DNA of 10,512 bases, from positions 1 to 10,512 of the forward strand of contig CAMTVO010000045.1 of assembly GCA_947085205.1 (NCBI GenBank), in the 5' to 3' direction. The stretch is from an uncultured Nitrospiraceae bacterium (lineage in GTDB: Bacteria; Nitrospirota; Thermodesulfovibrionia; Thermodesulfovibrionales; Dissulfurispiraceae). Every line of letters begins with the position of its first letter. Positions within the stretch are counted from its first letter, which is position 1. Under the pieces are notes generated by a model, which was not told the DNA's origin, did no database searches, and was given only the letters and a program-made list of their open reading frames with translations. Positions 7,614 to 10,512 of the stretch are shown here, piece by piece. Both the position numbers and the translations under genes were made by a program.

Positions 7614-8234
7614 ATGAGACAAAAAAGAGGTAGCCTGTTTGTGGTTTCCGCTCCATCCGGCGCAGGCAAGACCACGCTTTGCCGGAAGCTGAGGGATGCC
7701 TTCCCTGATTTGAAATTTTCTGTCTCTTATACAACCCGCAAGCCGCGCGAGGGCGAGATAGACGACGTTCATTATACCTTTGTTGATGAGGATGAGTTCC
7801 GTTCAATGATAACCGACGGTGAGTTTGTTGAGTGGGCTCAGGTGCACGGCAATTTTTACGGCACTTCCAAAAAAAGGATAGAGGATATGATGAACAAAGG
7901 CTTTGATGTCCTGCTCGATATAGATGTTCATGGTGCAAGGCAGATAAGGGAGCGATTTCCGGACAGCGTATTGATTTTTGTGCTGCCGCCTTCGATAGAC
8001 GAGCTTAAAAAGAGACTTTCGGGCAGGATGACCGATTCTGAAGATGTGATTAAGAAGAGGCTGAAGAATGCGGCAGACGAGATAAGCGGGTATAAAAATT
8101 ACGATTATGTTATTATAAACGACCTTTTTGAGGACGCCCTCAAGGAGATGGTTGCTGTAGTCGTTGCCGAAAGGGCAAGGACATCCAAGATAGACGAAGA
8201 ACTGGTAAGAGAAAATTTTTTGAAGGAGGAGTAA
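7614..8234 (+). CDS. gmk: Guanylate kinase
   Basis: SAPSGAGKTT P-loop, SVSYTTRKPREGE, NFYGT, LLDIDVHG, FVLPPS. ATG 7614 has SD AAGGA at 7602-7606. Confidence 0.97.
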   Translation: MRQKRGSLFVVSAPSGAGKTTLCRKLRDAFPDLKFSVSYTTRKPREGEIDDVHYTFVDEDEFRSMITDGEFVEWAQVHGNFYGTSKKRIEDMMNKGFDVLLDIDVHGARQIRERFPDSVLIFVLPPSIDELKKRLSGRMTDSEDVIKKRLKNAADEISGYKNYDYVIINDLFEDALKEMVAVVVAERARTSKIDEELVRENFLKEE

Positions 8235-8235
8235 C

Positions 8236-8637
8236 ATGGACATTATAGCTCTCCCTGTAGAGTATGACAAAAAGAAGATAGAGAGCAGATACAGGCTTGT
8301 GGTAATAGCCGCACAGAGGGCAAGGGAACTTTCTTTAGGCGCAGCGCAGAAGGTGCAGACAAAGGCAAAGAAGGTGACCACAACCGCCATTCTGGAATCA
8401 CTTTCGGGCAGCATAGAGTTTATAACCGGCGAAGATGCGGTTATTGCAAAAGAAAAGGCGGAAAAGATAGATTACAAGAAGCTGATAGAGGAGAGGAGAA
8501 GGCCGATAGAGGATCTGTCCGAGCTTGAAAAAGACCTGAAGGTTTATCTCCACGAAAAGGGAGCAACAGAGAGGGCTTTAGAGGAGCTTTTCGCAGAGAC
8601 CGAAGAGGGCGAGGAGTCCGAAGAAGTCAAAGAGTAA
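8236..8637 (+). CDS. rpoZ: RNA polymerase omega subunit with a long charged C-terminal extension
   Basis: SRYRLVVIAAQRAREL and KVTTTAILE core; SD AGGAGGAG; located between gmk and coaBC. Confidence 0.93.
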   Translation: MDIIALPVEYDKKKIESRYRLVVIAAQRARELSLGAAQKVQTKAKKVTTTAILESLSGSIEFITGEDAVIAKEKAEKIDYKKLIEERRRPIEDLSELEKDLKVYLHEKGATERALEELFAETEEGEESEEVKE

Positions 8638-8648
8638 AAGGGATAGCC

Positions 8649-9830
8649 GTGCTAAAGGACAGGTCTATACTTTTAAGCATTACAGGAAGCGTAGCCGCTT
8701 ACAAGTCCATAGAACTAATAAAGGCATTAAGACATGAAGGGGCCTCTGTTAAGGTTATCATGACAGAGGCCTCAAGGCGTTTTATAACGCCCCTGTCCAT
8801 CGAGCTTGCATCCGGCGAGAAGGTCTATTGCGATATGTTCGAGTCTCCGCTTTCTCATGTAAGCCTTCCGGCAGATTCCGACCTGTTTGTTATAGCGCCT
8901 GCAACAGCCAATATTATAGGTAAATACGCAAACGGCATGGCAGACGACCTTCTGAGCACTGCGTTGTTAGCTTTTAATGGCAAGGTGATTATTGCTCCAG
9001 CCATGAACTGGAGGATGTACGAGAATCAAATCTTTCAGAAAAACCTTCAATATCTCAATTCTATCGGCGTAAAATTCGTAGGCCCTGAAAGGGGGAGCCT
9101 TGCATGCGGCGAGGAAGGCATCGGCAGAATGGCGGATGTCGAGAAGATAATGGAGGCGATAATGACCGCCTTTACGGAACAGGACATGGCAGGAGAGAAT
9201 GTCCTTGTCACAGCAGGGCCTACAAGGGAATACATAGACCCTGTAAGGTACATATCCAACAGGTCATCGGGCAAAATGGGATATGCAATTGCAAAAATTG
9301 CCAAAAGGAGGGGTGCAGATGTCACACTGATAAGCGGCCCGGTGTCGATAAAGCCGCCTGACGGAGTTGATTTAATTCGCGTTGAGACAGCCAATGATAT
9401 GCATGAGGCTGTTATGGACAATATCTCGATGTCTTCAATATTAGTGATGTCAGCGGCAGTTGCGGATTACATGCCTGTTGAATCAAAGGGCATGAAGATG
9501 GAAAAGAAAGAGGGATTTTCATTAAATCTCATAAAGACTATAGACATCCTTGAAGAGGCAGGAAGGTTTAAGAATAAGCCGTTCATCGTAGGATTCTCAG
9601 CAGAGACAGGGCAGCGGCTTGACAGGGCAAGGAAAAAGCTCACGGCCAAGGATATAGACATGATTGTATTCAATGACGTGACAAAGGCGGGTTCCGGTTT
9701 TGATACCGATACCAACGAGGTCGTGATTATCGACGGAAAAGGCGAGAAAGAACTTCCATTAATGAGCAAGGAAGATGTTGCTGTCACTTTATTTGACAGG
9801 ATAATAGAATTAAAGAATAACACCGGTTAG
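8649..9830 (+). CDS. coaBC: Bifunctional phosphopantothenoylcysteine decarboxylase / phosphopantothenate-cysteine ligase
   Basis: TGSVAAYK, APATANIIGK, APAMN, LACGEEGIGR, TAGPTREYIDPVRYISNRSSGKMG, AAVADY, VGFSAET. Confidence 0.97.
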   Translation: MLKDRSILLSITGSVAAYKSIELIKALRHEGASVKVIMTEASRRFITPLSIELASGEKVYCDMFESPLSHVSLPADSDLFVIAPATANIIGKYANGMADDLLSTALLAFNGKVIIAPAMNWRMYENQIFQKNLQYLNSIGVKFVGPERGSLACGEEGIGRMADVEKIMEAIMTAFTEQDMAGENVLVTAGPTREYIDPVRYISNRSSGKMGYAIAKIAKRRGADVTLISGPVSIKPPDGVDLIRVETANDMHEAVMDNISMSSILVMSAAVADYMPVESKGMKMEKKEGFSLNLIKTIDILEEAGRFKNKPFIVGFSAETGQRLDRARKKLTAKDIDMIVFNDVTKAGSGFDTDTNEVVIIDGKGEKELPLMSKEDVAVTLFDRIIELKNNTG

Positions 9831-9833
9831 GAA

Positions 9834-10340
9834 ATGAATACAAAGGAAGACAGCTTATACATAAAGCGGCTTAAAGAGAGGCTGAGACAGAAGCCTGATT
9901 CAAAGGTCTTTCTATCTTTTGCCGAAGAGCTAAGGAAAAAAGACAGAATAGAGGACGCAATAACCGTCCTCATTGACGGTGTAAAGAAAAACCCTGATTT
10001 CATTGCCGCAAGGCTTACCCTTGCAAGATGGTATCTATCGAGCGATATGTCTTCAGAGGCGAAAAAAGAATTTTCAGAGATTATAGAGAGGACTCCCGAT
10101 AATATTTTTGCCCGAAGAGGACTGAAAGAGGCTTACAGGAGGCTCGGCGAACCAATAGCCGCCAAAGAAGCGGTTGTAAGCCAATTGAGCACTTTTTTAG
10201 AGGCGGTAAAATTGCATTTCTCTCCGGAACCGGAAGTATTCAGCAATTCCGTTAAAGACAAGGCAATTGTTGTTGGCCGTCTCGACAGATTTTTAGAAGC
10301 CGTTAAAATGCATTTTAACCCTAAGGACAGCCTCTCTTAA
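9834..10340 (+). CDS. Tetratricopeptide-repeat protein with a duplicated C-terminal amphipathic helix
   Basis: TPR-like helices (PDSKVFLSFAEELRK; NPDFIAARLTLARWY; PDNIFARRGL). FLEAVKLHF and FLEAVKMHF are repeated 32 aa apart. Confidence 0.8.
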   Translation: MNTKEDSLYIKRLKERLRQKPDSKVFLSFAEELRKKDRIEDAITVLIDGVKKNPDFIAARLTLARWYLSSDMSSEAKKEFSEIIERTPDNIFARRGLKEAYRRLGEPIAAKEAVVSQLSTFLEAVKLHFSPEPEVFSNSVKDKAIVVGRLDRFLEAVKMHFNPKDSLS

Positions 10341-10346
10341 CCCGAA

Positions 10347-10374
10347 CCCTCATGAGCCTTCGGCTCACAAAGGG
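10347..10374. repeat. REP-like hairpin after the TPR gene
   Basis: CCCT-CA-TGAGCC-TTC-GGCTCA-CAA-AGGG, with no U-tract. Confidence 0.55.
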
Positions 10375-10467
10375 AAATGAAAATGACAGCAATAGAACTG
10401 TTTTACATAAAAACCATATAAGAACAAATAGGAGCCTCTTGCAAAAGTCATAAAAAGAGAAGAGTTT

Positions 10468-10512
10468 GTCATTCCCACGAAAGTGGGAATCCAGGGTTTC
10501 CCGTGAAAACGG
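10468..10512. repeat. dRS3-like palindromic repeat(s) ATTCCC-N8-GGGAAT, the second copy truncated by the window end
   Basis: GTC-ATTCCCAC-GAAA-GTGGGAAT-CCAG (core 10471-10490), then TTCCCGT-GAAA-ACGG (10498-10512). Confidence 0.75.

Noticed and set aside
124..9823. Remaining overlapping or antisense ORFs (e.g. 493-1104+, 6483-7037-, 7803-8414-, 9047-9421-)
   Set aside because: Shadow frames of well-supported genes, with no motifs or RBS.

Overview
Bacterial chromosomal housekeeping region. The lineage is inferred only: gene order and the extended RpoZ suggest an anaerobe such as Nitrospirota/Thermodesulfovibrionia or Desulfobacterota. The minus strand carries trpE-trpG-trpD, divergent from tRNA-Val(CAC). 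The plus strand carries ugd, an unannotated 55-aa dual-CXXC protein, a YacP/Rae1-like NYN RNase, a PAP2 membrane enzyme, yicC, remA(DUF370), gmk, rpoZ, coaBC and a TPR protein. Highlights missed by the ORF track: (1) the 55-aa ORF (4756-4923) has an in-frame UGA followed by a SECIS-like hairpin, so it is a probable selenoprotein; (2) the NYN gene apparently starts at an AUU codon, and a near-identical stop-SD-ATT motif precedes the second RNase gene, yicC; (3) bases 1-142 form a perfect spacer-less palindrome centred exactly on the trpD stop, most likely a fold-back artefact; (4) heptamer tandem repeats lie in-frame inside trpG and trpE; (5) dRS3/REP-like hairpins sit at the right end.
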